DNA from: Candidatus Eiseniibacteriota bacterium
Lineage (GTDB): Bacteria > Eisenbacteria > RBG-16-71-46
Direction of reading: 5' to 3'
NCBI GenBank assembly: GCA_963776245.1
Contig: CAVZLN010000003.1
Coordinates: 800,001-864,000, forward strand
DNA length: 64,000 nucleotides
Part shown: positions 1-9,402 of the stretch, piece by piece
Layout: every line of letters starts with the position of its first letter
Position numbering within the stretch: position 1 is the stretch's first letter
Made by a program: the position numbers and the translations under genes
Notes under the pieces: generated by a model
What the model saw: the letters and a program-made list of their open reading frames with translations, nothing else
Database searches by the model: none
What the model was told of the DNA's origin: nothing

Positions 1-112
1 GCACGAACTCGATCTGGCCGTTCAGGCTCCGCAGCTCGGCCGCCGCCCATCGCTGGAGGGCGTCGAGCAGCGCGGGGTCGACCCGCAGCAGGAAGGACTT
101 CCGTTCAGCCAT
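1..112 (-). CDS. Arc/ribbon-helix-helix family small DNA-binding protein (3' end runs off the window)
   Basis: Not in the ORF track. Manual translation gives MAERKSFLLRVDPALLDALQRWAAAELRSLNGQIEFV, with the Arc-type F-x-L-R...R-S-x-N-x-x-I pattern. Lies directly downstream of the SPFH gene, a common pairing. Confidence 0.8.
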   Translation of the reverse strand, partial: MAERKSFLLRVDPALLDALQRWAAAELRSLNGQIEFV

Positions 113-124
113 CGGCGGCTTCGC

Positions 125-997
125 TCACTGGTAGAGCGTGCCGGCGTTCACCACCGGCTGGGTCTCGTGCTCGCTGCAGAGCACCACCAGCAGGTTGCTC
201 ACCATCGCCGCCTTGCGCTCCTCGTCGAGATTCACGATGCGCTTCGCGGACAGCTGTTCGAGCGCCATCTCGACCATGCTCACCGCGCCCTCGACGATCT
301 TGGTGCGCGCCGCGATCACCGCCTGCGCCTGCTGGCGCCGCAGCATCGCGTTGGCGATCTCGGGGGCATAGGCCAGGTGGCTGATGCGCGCCTCGATGAC
401 CTCGACGCCGGCCTTCTGCAGGCGGGCCTGGATCTCGCCCCGCAGCAGGTCCGCGACCTCGGCGGTGTTGCCGCGCAGCGACATCTGATGGTCCTCGTGC
501 GCGTCGTACGGGTGCCCGGTCGCCAGATTGCGCAGCGCGGACTCGGTCTGCACGTGCACGAAGTTCTCGTAGTTGTCCACCTCGAACAGCGCTTCGGCGG
601 TCTCCACCACGCGCCACACCACCACCGCGGCGATCTCGATCGGGTTGCCGTCGTGGTCGTTCACCTTGAGCTTCGCGCTCTCGAAGTTGCGGATGCGCGA
701 CGAGATCTTGCGCTTGGTGTTGAACGGGTTCACCAGCCAGAGCCCCTGGCTCTTCAGGGTGCCGTTGTAGGTGCCGAACAGCACCAGCACGCGGGCCTCG
801 TTGGGGTTCACGACGGTGAGCCCGTTGAGCGTGACGCCCGCCGCGACGAGCACCAGCATCACGCCGATGATGGGCACCGGCCCGGCACCGGCCCGGCCGA
901 GCCACACGGCGACGAACGGGAGCACCACGAACAGCGCGATGATCACGAACAGCGCGAAGAACCCCGGCGAAGCGAGAGCCTCTCTCTCTTTGATCAT
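125..997 (-). CDS. SPFH/band 7 domain membrane protein
   Basis: Two N-terminal TM segments; motifs [18 protein letters not shown] and [27 protein letters not shown] upstream. Confidence 0.93.
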   Translation of the reverse strand: MIKEREALASPGFFALFVIIALFVVLPFVAVWLGRAGAGPVPIIGVMLVLVAAGVTLNGLTVVNPNEARVLVLFGTYNGTLKSQGLWLVNPFNTKRKISSRIRNFESAKLKVNDHDGNPIEIAAVVVWRVVETAEALFEVDNYENFVHVQTESALRNLATGHPYDAHEDHQMSLRGNTAEVADLLRGEIQARLQKAGVEVIEARISHLAYAPEIANAMLRRQQAQAVIAARTKIVEGAVSMVEMALEQLSAKRIVNLDEERKAAMVSNLLVVLCSEHETQPVVNAGTLYQ

Positions 998-1022
998 GGA
1001 CAGCCTCCTTTCCTGCGCTAGC

Positions 1023-1051
1023 AGTATGATATCACTCTGGTATCAGCGCAA
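1023..1051 (-). promoter_or_regulatory. sigma70-like promoter TTGCGC-N17-CATACT with two TGATAYCA boxes in the spacer (putative Arc-repressor operator)
   Basis: TGATATCA at 1027-1034 and TGGTATCA at 1038-1045 lie in an AT-rich patch upstream of the SPFH-Arc operon. Confidence 0.55.
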
Positions 1052-1131
1052 GGCCGAATCCGGCGCCCATTGCCAGGCAAGAGGTTGCAGAGGAGCCCCC
1101 GCGCGCCCCGGGCACGCAAGCGCCGCCACCT

Positions 1132-1632
1132 TCAGCGCGTGAGCGCCTCGATCATCCCACGGTGCAGCGGCCACCCCGCGAGCAACCGGTCGCGCGCCCC
1201 GGCCTCGAAGTCAGCGACCTCGAACCCCGGGGCCACCGTGGTGCCCATGAGCGCCCACGCGCCGCCCGCACGGAGCCGCGCGCCCTGCCACACCCCGCGC
1301 CGCACCGTGTGCTGCACCCGCTGCCCCGCGGCGAGGTCGTGCCCCAGCGCGGTCACGCGGCCCGTCCCGGACGGCTCGAGCTCGAGCAGCTCGACCGGAT
1401 CGCCGAGGTAGAAGTGGAACACCTCGTCGGAGTTCACCCGGTGCATCCGTGACACCTCGCCCGGCTCGAGCAGGTAGAGGATCGCGGTGCCGAACGGGCG
1501 CGCCGAGGCGTAGCGCATGGGAAGCGCGCCGGCCGCGAGGGACTCGTCCGCGCGCCAGGTCTCGCGGAAGGAGCCGCCCTCGATCGTGAGCGGCTCCAGT
1601 CCGAGCAGCGCCTTGAGCTCCTTCGCGGTCAC
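1132..1632 (-). CDS. Cupin superfamily protein (DUF985/Cupin_5-like)
   Basis: EGGSFRETW, TAILYLL, HRVNSDEVFHFYLGDP, GTTVAPGFE motifs; the GTG start overlaps the stop of the upstream DinB gene (GTGA). Confidence 0.88.
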   Translation of the reverse strand: MTAKELKALLGLEPLTIEGGSFRETWRADESLAAGALPMRYASARPFGTAILYLLEPGEVSRMHRVNSDEVFHFYLGDPVELLELEPSGTGRVTALGHDLAAGQRVQHTVRRGVWQGARLRAGGAWALMGTTVAPGFEVADFEAGARDRLLAGWPLHRGMIEALTR

Positions 1633-2141
1633 GCCGACTGCGGCGCGCGCGGCTGGTAGGCCGCCGCGTTGCCCGCGAAGTCCCACATCATCGGCGGCGC
1701 CGCGCCCAGCTGGCGCGCGTAGGCATAGAGCTGGCCGCGGTGGTGCAGATACTCGTCGTTCAGGATGCCGTAGCACATCCAGCCCGGGAACGGCATGCCC
1801 CAGGGCGTCTTCACCTGCGCGGCGAGCTGGGCGTCGGTGACCTGCCGCGTCGCGGCCTCGCCGGCGGTGTAACAGGCTTCGCAGAACGCCACCAGGTCCG
1901 CGGTGGTCGCCACCTTCACATGGCCCTCGCCGTAGTCGCGGATCTCGCCGCGGAGCACGCCCTCGGGCAGTTCCTTCACCATCGTGTAGACGTGCGTGAC
2001 CAGCTCGGCCGGCGTGCGCATGCCGCGGATCGGATGGGCTTCGAGCTGGGCGTCGGGGAGCAGGGCCACCACGCGCAGGCCGATGCCATGGCGCTGGCGC
2101 AGCAGGTCCCACATGGCGAGACAGGTCCGAGCATCCATCAT
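1629..2141 (-). CDS. DinB/YfiT-like four-helix-bundle protein
   Basis: RTPAELVTH and EYLHHRGQLYAYARQLG motifs; RBS GGAGG before ATG 2141. Confidence 0.88.
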   Translation of the reverse strand: MMDARTCLAMWDLLRQRHGIGLRVVALLPDAQLEAHPIRGMRTPAELVTHVYTMVKELPEGVLRGEIRDYGEGHVKVATTADLVAFCEACYTAGEAATRQVTDAQLAAQVKTPWGMPFPGWMCYGILNDEYLHHRGQLYAYARQLGAAPPMMWDFAGNAAAYQPRAPQSA

Positions 2142-2283
2142 GGGCGGATTCCTCCGTGGGGAAGAGCGCGTTCTGGGCCGCGCGTCGGCGGGCGCCGTGC
2201 CGCGGCAGGACGGACCATAGGCGGGGCCCGGGCCGAGGAGCAAGCGGCGCGGGGGCACCGCGATGCGCTACCATGGGCGCCCC

Positions 2284-3531
2284 ATGGACCGCACCTCCGT
2301 CGAGATCGCCGCGCTGGCGTTCCAGAGCGTGTTCACGCTGCTGATGGCGGGCGTGTACTACATGCTCTGGCTGCGCCAGCACCGCGCGTACTTCGCCACC
2401 TGGGCCGCCGGCTGGGCGCTCTACGCCCTGCGGCTGCACTGCATCATGGTGTTCCTGCTGACGCGGGCCGAGGTCTGGTTGTTCGTGCACCAGGCCATCA
2501 CCGGGGTGAGCGCCCTGCTGCTGCTGTTCGCGGCCCTCCAGTTCTCGCGTGGCCTGCGCTGGCGGGGCCGCTACGCGTGGGCGGGCGTGGCGGCCGTGGC
2601 GTGGGCCGCGGTCGCCATCTTCGGCATCCACAACATGGCGGTGGCCGGCATCTCCGCCGTCATCCTGCTCTCGGGCGTGACGCTGTGGACCGGCTTCGTG
2701 TTCTTCCGCCACCGCTCCCTGCATCCCTCGCGCGGCGCCACCTTCCTGGCGTGGACCTTCACGCTGTGGGGACTCCACCATCTCGACTATCCCCTCCTGC
2801 GCGGGTTCGGCAACGGCGTCCTCTACGGCGTGTTCGCGGACGTCCTGTTCATCATGGGAAGCGCGGTGGGCACCATGTTCCTGGTGATGGGCGAGGGCCG
2901 GCGCGCGCTCCAGGCCCGTACCCAGCAACTCGAACAGCTCACCCACCTCGTGCTGCGGGCCCAGGAGGAGGAGCGCCGGCGCATCGCGCACGCCCTCCAC
3001 GACGAGGCCGGCCAGATCCTCACCGCGGTCAAGATCGAGCTCGACCTCGACGGGCGCACCGAAGCCGGCGCCATGGTCGGGCGCGTGCTCGCGCAGGTCC
3101 GCGACCTCTCGAACCTGCTGCGGCCGACGGTGCTCGACGACCTCGGACTGCTGCCCGCGCTGCGCGGCCTGGTCGAGGACTTCGCGCTGCGCACCCGCAT
3201 CGAGGTGCGGCTCGACGGTCCCGAGGCGCTGCCGCCGCTCGCGCCCGACGTGGAAGTCGCGGTCTACCGGGTGGTGCAGGAGGCGCTCACGAACGTGGCG
3301 CGCCACGCGCGCGCGCACCGCGCCGACGTCCACCTGTCGCTCGCCGAGGGCGAGGTGCGGGTGCGGGTGGAGGACGATGGGCTCGGCATCGCGGGCGAGC
3401 CGGTGCCGCACATGGGGCTGCTCGGCATGCGCGAGCGCGTGACCGGACTCGGCGGACGGCTGACGGTCGGCAACGCGCCGGGCGCCGGGGCCCGCATCGA
3501 AGCCACCCTTCCCTTGGGAGCCGCCGCATGA
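2284..3531 (+). CDS. Membrane sensor histidine kinase (HisKA_3 / NarX-UhpB type) with about 7 TM segments
   Basis: H-box EEERRRIAHALHDEAGQ, N-box QEALTNVARHA, EDDGLG, GLLGMRERV; hydrophobic N-terminal half. Confidence 0.93.
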   Translation: MDRTSVEIAALAFQSVFTLLMAGVYYMLWLRQHRAYFATWAAGWALYALRLHCIMVFLLTRAEVWLFVHQAITGVSALLLLFAALQFSRGLRWRGRYAWAGVAAVAWAAVAIFGIHNMAVAGISAVILLSGVTLWTGFVFFRHRSLHPSRGATFLAWTFTLWGLHHLDYPLLRGFGNGVLYGVFADVLFIMGSAVGTMFLVMGEGRRALQARTQQLEQLTHLVLRAQEEERRRIAHALHDEAGQILTAVKIELDLDGRTEAGAMVGRVLAQVRDLSNLLRPTVLDDLGLLPALRGLVEDFALRTRIEVRLDGPEALPPLAPDVEVAVYRVVQEALTNVARHARAHRADVHLSLAEGEVRVRVEDDGLGIAGEPVPHMGLLGMRERVTGLGGRLTVGNAPGAGARIEATLPLGAAA

Positions 3532-4184
3532 CGCCGCGCAAGACCCGGGTGATGCTCACCGACGACCACGAGCTGGTGCGGGCCGGCCTGCGCCGCATCC
3601 TCGAGGCGCAGCCGGACCTGCTGGTGTGCGGCGAGGAGGCCGACGGCGAGTCCGCGCTCAGGACGCTCAAGACCCTCAAGCCCGACATGCTGGTGCTCGA
3701 CCTCAGCATGCCCGGGCTCGACGGCTTCGAGGTGCTGCGGCGCGCCAAGAAGGCCCAGCCCGAGCTCAAGGTGCTGGTGCTCACCATGCATGCCAATCCG
3801 GAGTACGTCCAGCGCGCCATCACCGAGGGCGCCGACGGCTACCTGCTCAAGGACTCCGCGGTCCAGGACCTGGTCGCCGCCATCGAGGCGGTGAGCGAGG
3901 GGCGCGCGTACTACAGCCCCCAGATCCAGTCGCGACTCGCCGAGATCCTGCGCGCCGGCAAGGAGACCGAGCCGCGGCCCCTCGACGTGCTCACCGACCG
4001 CGAACGCGAGGTGCTCAAGCTGGTGGCCGAGGGCCTCGCCACCAAGGAGATCGCCGGGCGCTTCGACATCAGCGCCCGCACCGTCGAGACCCACCGCGCC
4101 AACATCATGCGCAAGCTCGATCTCCGTTCGGTGGCGCGGCTCACCCAGTTCGCCATCCGTGAGGGCCTCGTCGACGCTCCGTAG
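3528..4184 (+). CDS. NarL/FixJ-family response regulator (REC + LuxR HTH)
   Basis: MLTDDHELVRAG, LDLSMPGLDG, GYLLKD, LTDREREVL...TVETHRANIMRKL; ATGA overlap with the kinase. Confidence 0.95.
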   Translation: MTPRKTRVMLTDDHELVRAGLRRILEAQPDLLVCGEEADGESALRTLKTLKPDMLVLDLSMPGLDGFEVLRRAKKAQPELKVLVLTMHANPEYVQRAITEGADGYLLKDSAVQDLVAAIEAVSEGRAYYSPQIQSRLAEILRAGKETEPRPLDVLTDREREVLKLVAEGLATKEIAGRFDISARTVETHRANIMRKLDLRSVARLTQFAIREGLVDAP

Positions 4185-4216
4185 TCCTACGGACAGACCC
4201 TCCGCACTCTTGCGAA
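4178..4216. promoter_or_regulatory. Tandem 7-2-7 inverted repeats (putative NarL/LuxR-type binding sites)
   Basis: Perfect TCCGTAG-tc-CTACGGA at 4178-4193 and degenerate TCCGCAC-tc-TTGCGAA at 4201-4216, upstream of the TonB receptor. Confidence 0.6.
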
Positions 4217-4299
4217 TAGAGAAGCGAGCCTCCCGGTCCGTAACCTGTCTCAGGGGATCGCACCGCGCGATCCGGGGAGAGGCGTGGAGGGGGGGGCCG

Positions 4300-6450
4300 A
4301 TGGGAACTCACCTGAACCGGCACGACGCGACGGGCTCGCCCCGGCGCGCCAGCGCGCTTCCCGTCCTGGTGTGCGCGCTGCTCGCGGCCGCGTCCGCGCA
4401 CGCGGCGGGCGTGGCCGACACGGTCACCGTGCTGCCGACGGTGCAGGTCGACGCCAACCACGTGCCGCTCGGCACCCACGCCACCGGCACCGAGATCCGC
4501 CTCGACCGCGCGAAGCTCGCGCGCTTCATGCCCGCCACCGCGAGCGACGCGCTGGTCAGCGTGCCGGGCGTCGATCTGGTGAAGACCGGGCCGTGGGCCA
4601 CCCGGGTCACGATGCGCGGGCTCTCGGGCGATCGCGTGCTGGTCATGGTGGATGGCGTGCGGCTCAACACCACGCGGGGCCACGGGGCGCAGGCCTCGCT
4701 GGTGGCGGTGGACGGGCTCGACGCGGTCGAGGTCGCCCCCGGCGCGGGCAGCGCTCAGTACGGCTCCGGCGCGCTCGGCGGCGTGGTCAACTTCGTCACC
4801 CATCGGGCGCTCATCGAGCCGGTCGCGGGCCAGTCCCTGGTGCTCACGGTGCGCGGCTCCGATCCCGGCTCGACGTGGTCGCAGCGCGCGCGCTGGCGCC
4901 TCACCGGGCCGCGCTTCGGGCTCGAACTGTCGGGCGGCGCGGGCGCCCAGGCGTTCCTCAAGACCCCGGACTCGCTGGTCGCGAACAGCGGCAGCCGCGA
5001 TCAGGACTTCGCGGGCCGGTTCGCGCTCCGGCTCGCCACCGCCACGCTCGACTACGAGCACGCGCAGCGGCGCGGCTACGACATCGGCCTTCCGGCGTTC
5101 GGCGACCGGGCGGGGTCGCGCGGCGTGTATCCGCTCCAGCGGCGCGACCTCGACCGCGCCGAGCTCGTGGTGCCCGACTGGGCGCGCTTCGCGCCCGAGA
5201 CCCGGCTGCTGGTGGTGGGGCAGGCCTTCGAGACCGATTTCGACGAACTCGTCGTGAGCCGGGTCACCCGGATCCGGCTCCCCATCCTCGAGTACGACTC
5301 CTCCGCGGATCGCGTGAGCACGCGGAACTGGAGCGTGCAGCCGTCGCTGCGATTCCCGCGCCTCGGCGGGCTGCGGCTGTCCGGCGAATGGCGCCGCGAG
5401 AAGACGCACGGACCGCGGACCACGGACACCCGGTTCACCACCCTGGCCGGCGTCCCGTTCGGAACGGCGACCACCACGCTGACCCAGACCGTCCCGCCCG
5501 CCTCCCTCACCCTCGGGTCGGGCGCGGTGTACGCGGCGCCGCGGTTCGGCCACGACGGCCGGCTGTGCCTCGAGGGCGGCGCCCGCTACGACGCGCAGTG
5601 GGCGCACGCGGACTCGAGCTACTCGCCGATCGACCCGACGCACCTGCTGCCCGCCAGCGACCGCACCGAGCACCGCACCAGCGTCGAAGGCGGCACCAGC
5701 TACGACTTCGGCGGGTGGGAGCCGTACGCGCACGTCTCGACCGGGTTCCGCGCCCCGAACCTCGACGAGCGCTACTACAACGGCTACATCCACGGGGCGC
5801 TCTACGTGTTCGGCGCCCGTTCCCTGCGGCCCGAACGCAACCTGTCGACCGACCTCGGACTGAGGCTCCGCGGCCTCGGCCCGGTGTCGAACGCGCGGGT
5901 CTCGGTCTACCGCTACGAGGTCCAGGACCTCATCCAGATCACGGCCGGGTCGCTCTATCAGGGCGTGATGCGCTTCTCGTACGAGAACGTCCGGAGCGCC
6001 CGCATCGAGGGGGTCGAGGGCACCGCGCTGCTGCGTCTCGGCTCGTCCACGATCGGGCTCAGCGGGACCCTGCCGCGCGCCTACGAGCGCATCAACGCGG
6101 TGCGGAAGGGGCTCACCACCGACGCCGGGACCGCGCGGGCGTCGGTCGAGATGACGGTGCCCGTCACGAACATGGTGCCGCAGGGGCTGTTCTCGGTGCG
6201 CTGGCGCTGGAACGACGCGTTCCAGCCGCGCGTGGGGACCCTCGCCCAGCCTTCCTTCCACATCACGTCCGCCGAGCTTTCGACCGCGATGGGCAGCACG
6301 CGCGTGGTGTTCGCCGTGAACAACGTGTTCGATCGCTCGTACCGCGAGCCGCTCAGCTACATCCCGGAGCCGGGCCGCGCGTTCTCGATGTCGGTGCGCC
6401 GGGAATTCGGCCGCCTGCTCCCCATCCGCAATTCCAAGAGGACCCCCTGA
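4300..6450 (+). CDS. TonB-dependent outer membrane receptor
   Basis: Signal peptide; plug motifs MRGLSGDRVLVMVDGVRL and GAGSAQYGSGALGGVVNFVT; barrel motifs GFRAPNLDE, LRPE, VNNVFDRSY, PGRAFS. Start approximate. Confidence 0.93.
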   Translation: MGTHLNRHDATGSPRRASALPVLVCALLAAASAHAAGVADTVTVLPTVQVDANHVPLGTHATGTEIRLDRAKLARFMPATASDALVSVPGVDLVKTGPWATRVTMRGLSGDRVLVMVDGVRLNTTRGHGAQASLVAVDGLDAVEVAPGAGSAQYGSGALGGVVNFVTHRALIEPVAGQSLVLTVRGSDPGSTWSQRARWRLTGPRFGLELSGGAGAQAFLKTPDSLVANSGSRDQDFAGRFALRLATATLDYEHAQRRGYDIGLPAFGDRAGSRGVYPLQRRDLDRAELVVPDWARFAPETRLLVVGQAFETDFDELVVSRVTRIRLPILEYDSSADRVSTRNWSVQPSLRFPRLGGLRLSGEWRREKTHGPRTTDTRFTTLAGVPFGTATTTLTQTVPPASLTLGSGAVYAAPRFGHDGRLCLEGGARYDAQWAHADSSYSPIDPTHLLPASDRTEHRTSVEGGTSYDFGGWEPYAHVSTGFRAPNLDERYYNGYIHGALYVFGARSLRPERNLSTDLGLRLRGLGPVSNARVSVYRYEVQDLIQITAGSLYQGVMRFSYENVRSARIEGVEGTALLRLGSSTIGLSGTLPRAYERINAVRKGLTTDAGTARASVEMTVPVTNMVPQGLFSVRWRWNDAFQPRVGTLAQPSFHITSAELSTAMGSTRVVFAVNNVFDRSYREPLSYIPEPGRAFSMSVRREFGRLLPIRNSKRTP

Positions 6451-6451
6451 G

Positions 6452-8420
6452 ATGAGTCGCCTCGCCCTGCTGCTCGCCGGCCTGCTGAGCGCGCTCCTGG
6501 TGGTGCAGGCCTCCGCCCGCACCGCGCCGAATCCCTCCGGCCGCGCGGTGCTCGACCCGGTCACCGGCCGTTCCCTCGATGCGGCCGGTCCGCTCGCCGC
6601 CTCCGGGCGCGCGGCCCCGGACGCGGCTCAGGCCGCCCTGTTCGTGAACGTGCCGTTGCCGGCGGGGGCCACGCTGCTGGACTCCACCTGGTACGACCTC
6701 CAGGACTTCGGTTCGCTCGGCACGCGCGTCGTGGTCCTGCCCGCCGGCGACGTGCACGTCGCCTACGAGAAGGACTTCTGCGAGATGGACGTGGCCGGGT
6801 GTCCGCCCGATCGCACCCGGGCGGTGCCCGATCCCTACCGGGGCATGGCCTACCGCCATCGCGACCCGCTGGGCGTGTGGACGAACTACGGCAAGGTCGC
6901 CGATCCCGATCTGCGCCAGGGCTGCTGCCCGACCGACCTGGTGGGCGGATTCGGCACCGTGGCGGTGACCCCCGCGGGCCGGGCCGTGGTGTCGCAGCAC
7001 ATGAAGGAGGACGGCTGCCCCGCCGTGCCGCGCGGCGACTTCTACCTGCAGGACGCCCCCGGCGCCTCGACCTGGACCGGCTACCTCACGCGCTACGACT
7101 CGCAGTACCAGTTCCCGCAGGTCTCGGTGAACCCGGACGGTTCCTTCACCCTGTTGGGCGAGGTGGTGCTCGCGGGCTCGTACGTCGAGACCAGCGCGAT
7201 CGGCGTGAACTATTTCCCCGCGATCAAGATCGGCACGCTGTTCACCTGCCCCATCAACACCCAGGGCGGGGCCTGGATCAGCATCATGCCGACCTCGCTC
7301 TTCCGCGATGGGCTGCCCGCCTTTCCGAGCATCGCGACCTCCACCAACGGGCGCGTCGGCGTGGCGGTCGGCGACTTCGGCGGCAACGTGTATCTGGTCG
7401 AGTCCTCGAACGGATCGTTCGCTCCGGGCACCATCACGATCCGCAATCTGACCAACACCACGGACGCCCAGGTGACGGCGAGCGACTCGACCTCGACCCA
7501 GTACCGCTCGTACGTCAACTGCGCCATCGCCTACAACGACACCACGCCGAACGTGGTGTGGAGCGAGATCCAGGCGCGTCGCGTCGGGGGCGTGGTGACC
7601 TTCTTCGACTACCGCAGCCGCATCCGGCACTGGGACTCGATCCACGGCGCCAGCACCGTCAAGCAGGTGCAGCCCGGCGAAGCGGACCGCTTCGACGACG
7701 TGGACCAGGGCCTGTCGGGCCCTCTGCCCGGATTCAACACGCTGTCGGTGGACTGGCCCCAGGTGGGCTTCTCGCCGGACGGATCGGAGACCTACGTCAC
7801 CTGGCTGCGCGCGAGCGACGCGGAGATCGACGCGACCGCGGACATGGGCCTGCCGGGCATCGTGACGGGCGTCGGCCTTCATGGACATCGCCGCCAGCCT
7901 CCGCCTCGGCGGCGGCGCGTGGGGCCCGGCGCAGAACCTGACCGGCACGCCGACCACCGACGAGCGGTTCCCGTCGCTGGCGGCGTGGAACCCCGGCGGC
8001 AAGGCACACGTGCTGTTCCAGGCCTCGGCCACCAACCAGGCGGGCAACGTGGTCATCGGTGACCGCGGCACCACGCCCGGCAACGTCCTGCGCCGCATCG
8101 CCTATCTCGAGAAGCCGCTGGCCGGCTCGACCGTGTCGGTCGAGGGCGGGCCCCCGGCGCACGCGCCGGGCCTGCGGGTGTTCCCGAATCCCGCGCGCGG
8201 GCGCGTGACCTTCGCCTGGTCGGCGCCGGGCCCGGTCGCGCCGTTCGTGGACGTGTTCGCGGTGAACGGGCGCCGGGTGGCGCGCGTCGCCGTCACCGCC
8301 GGTCAGGCGGTGTGGGATGGCCGCGATGCCGAGGGACGTCCGGTCGCGACCGGCGTGTACTGGGCGCGCACGACCGATGGAAGGGAGGAGGCCGGCAGTC
8401 GATTCCTCCTGTTGCACTGA
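6452..8420 (+). CDS. Secreted Cys-containing protein with C-terminal FlgD-Ig/T9SS-like sorting domain; +1 frameshift near 7876
   Basis: Signal peptide at 6452. ORFs 6452..8062 and 7881..8420 join by removing one C in GGCCTTCATG. C-terminus FPNPARG...WDGRDAEGRPVATGVYW is a typical FlgD-like CTD. Confidence 0.75.
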
Positions 8421-8507
8421 ACGAACGAGCCACAACGCTCGCCCGGCGGGAAGCCGCGAGCGTCCAACCTGGACCGCACGACGCGACAAACTCTCGGAGA
8501 CCGCACC

Positions 8508-9308
8508 ATGAAGACAGCTAAGACGATCCTCCTCGGGGTGGCGGGCATCGTGGTCATCGCCTCGCTGGCGTACGCCGCCGTGGTCGAGGTGTTCTCGGAG
8601 AAGGTGACCGGCGGCGCGCTCGATCACGTGTGGGTCGGCGGGTTCAACACCCCGACCCAGAAGCTCGAGCCCCTGACCGCGACCCCGGACCTGCCGTTCT
8701 ACGCCAATCCCTCCGGCGATCACACGGTCGGGGTGGCGACCAATGCGGATCCCAACTTCGGGGGCATCTGCCTCACGGTGACCGACCCGAGCCCGTATCT
8801 GGGCGACTACAGCTGGGAAGCGCAGGTGTTCACCGGTCTCGAGGACACGCGCCGCGGGTTGGTGGTGCGCATGAACCCCGCCGGCGGCATCACCCAGGGC
8901 TACATGTTCGTGCTCGACGCGGGCGGGTTCAGCATCCGGCTGCGCAAGCTGACGAGCGAGAGCATCGTCCGCACGCTGGCGACGTGGAGCGCGCTCGACG
9001 CCGGATACGGGGGCTCGATCCCCCAGAACACCTGGATCAAGATGAAGGTGATCGCCACCGGCGCCTCGTTCCGCTGCTTCATCAGCGGGCCGAGCGGCGA
9101 GGTCGAGCTGCCCAACGGTCCGACCGTCGACGTGCCGGCCGTCAACGAGCCGCCCGATCCGTTCCTGCAGGGCTGGGTCGGCGTGTACAACTTCCGCTTC
9201 GACCTCGGCAACGTGCCGGTCTACTTCGACGACCTCATCCTGTCCGCCGACCCCAGCACCCCGGCGACCCCGATGACGTTCGGCGCGCTCAAGGCGCGCT
9301 ACCGCTAG
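8508..9308 (+). CDS. Secreted beta-sandwich (DUF1080/concanavalin-like) protein with C-terminal TPxxxxTFGxLKxxYR tail
   Basis: Signal peptide MKTAKTILLGVAG...; DYSWEA...GLVVR...W-x-x-x-K-V...GWVGV...FDDL pattern; RBS GGAG. Confidence 0.7.
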   Translation: MKTAKTILLGVAGIVVIASLAYAAVVEVFSEKVTGGALDHVWVGGFNTPTQKLEPLTATPDLPFYANPSGDHTVGVATNADPNFGGICLTVTDPSPYLGDYSWEAQVFTGLEDTRRGLVVRMNPAGGITQGYMFVLDAGGFSIRLRKLTSESIVRTLATWSALDAGYGGSIPQNTWIKMKVIATGASFRCFISGPSGEVELPNGPTVDVPAVNEPPDPFLQGWVGVYNFRFDLGNVPVYFDDLILSADPSTPATPMTFGALKARYR

Positions 9309-9354
9309 CGCCGGCGCCGCGTCCGGCGAGAGCGGGCTGCCCCGCTCGCACGAA

Positions 9355-9386
9355 GAACGCCCGGGAGGGAGACCTCCCGGGCGTTC
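9355..9386. terminator. Perfect 14-bp stem hairpin between convergent genes
   Basis: GAACGCCCGGGAGG-gaga-CCTCCCGGGCGTTC. Confidence 0.7.
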
Positions 9387-9402
9387 GCACGCCGCCGTCG
9401 CG

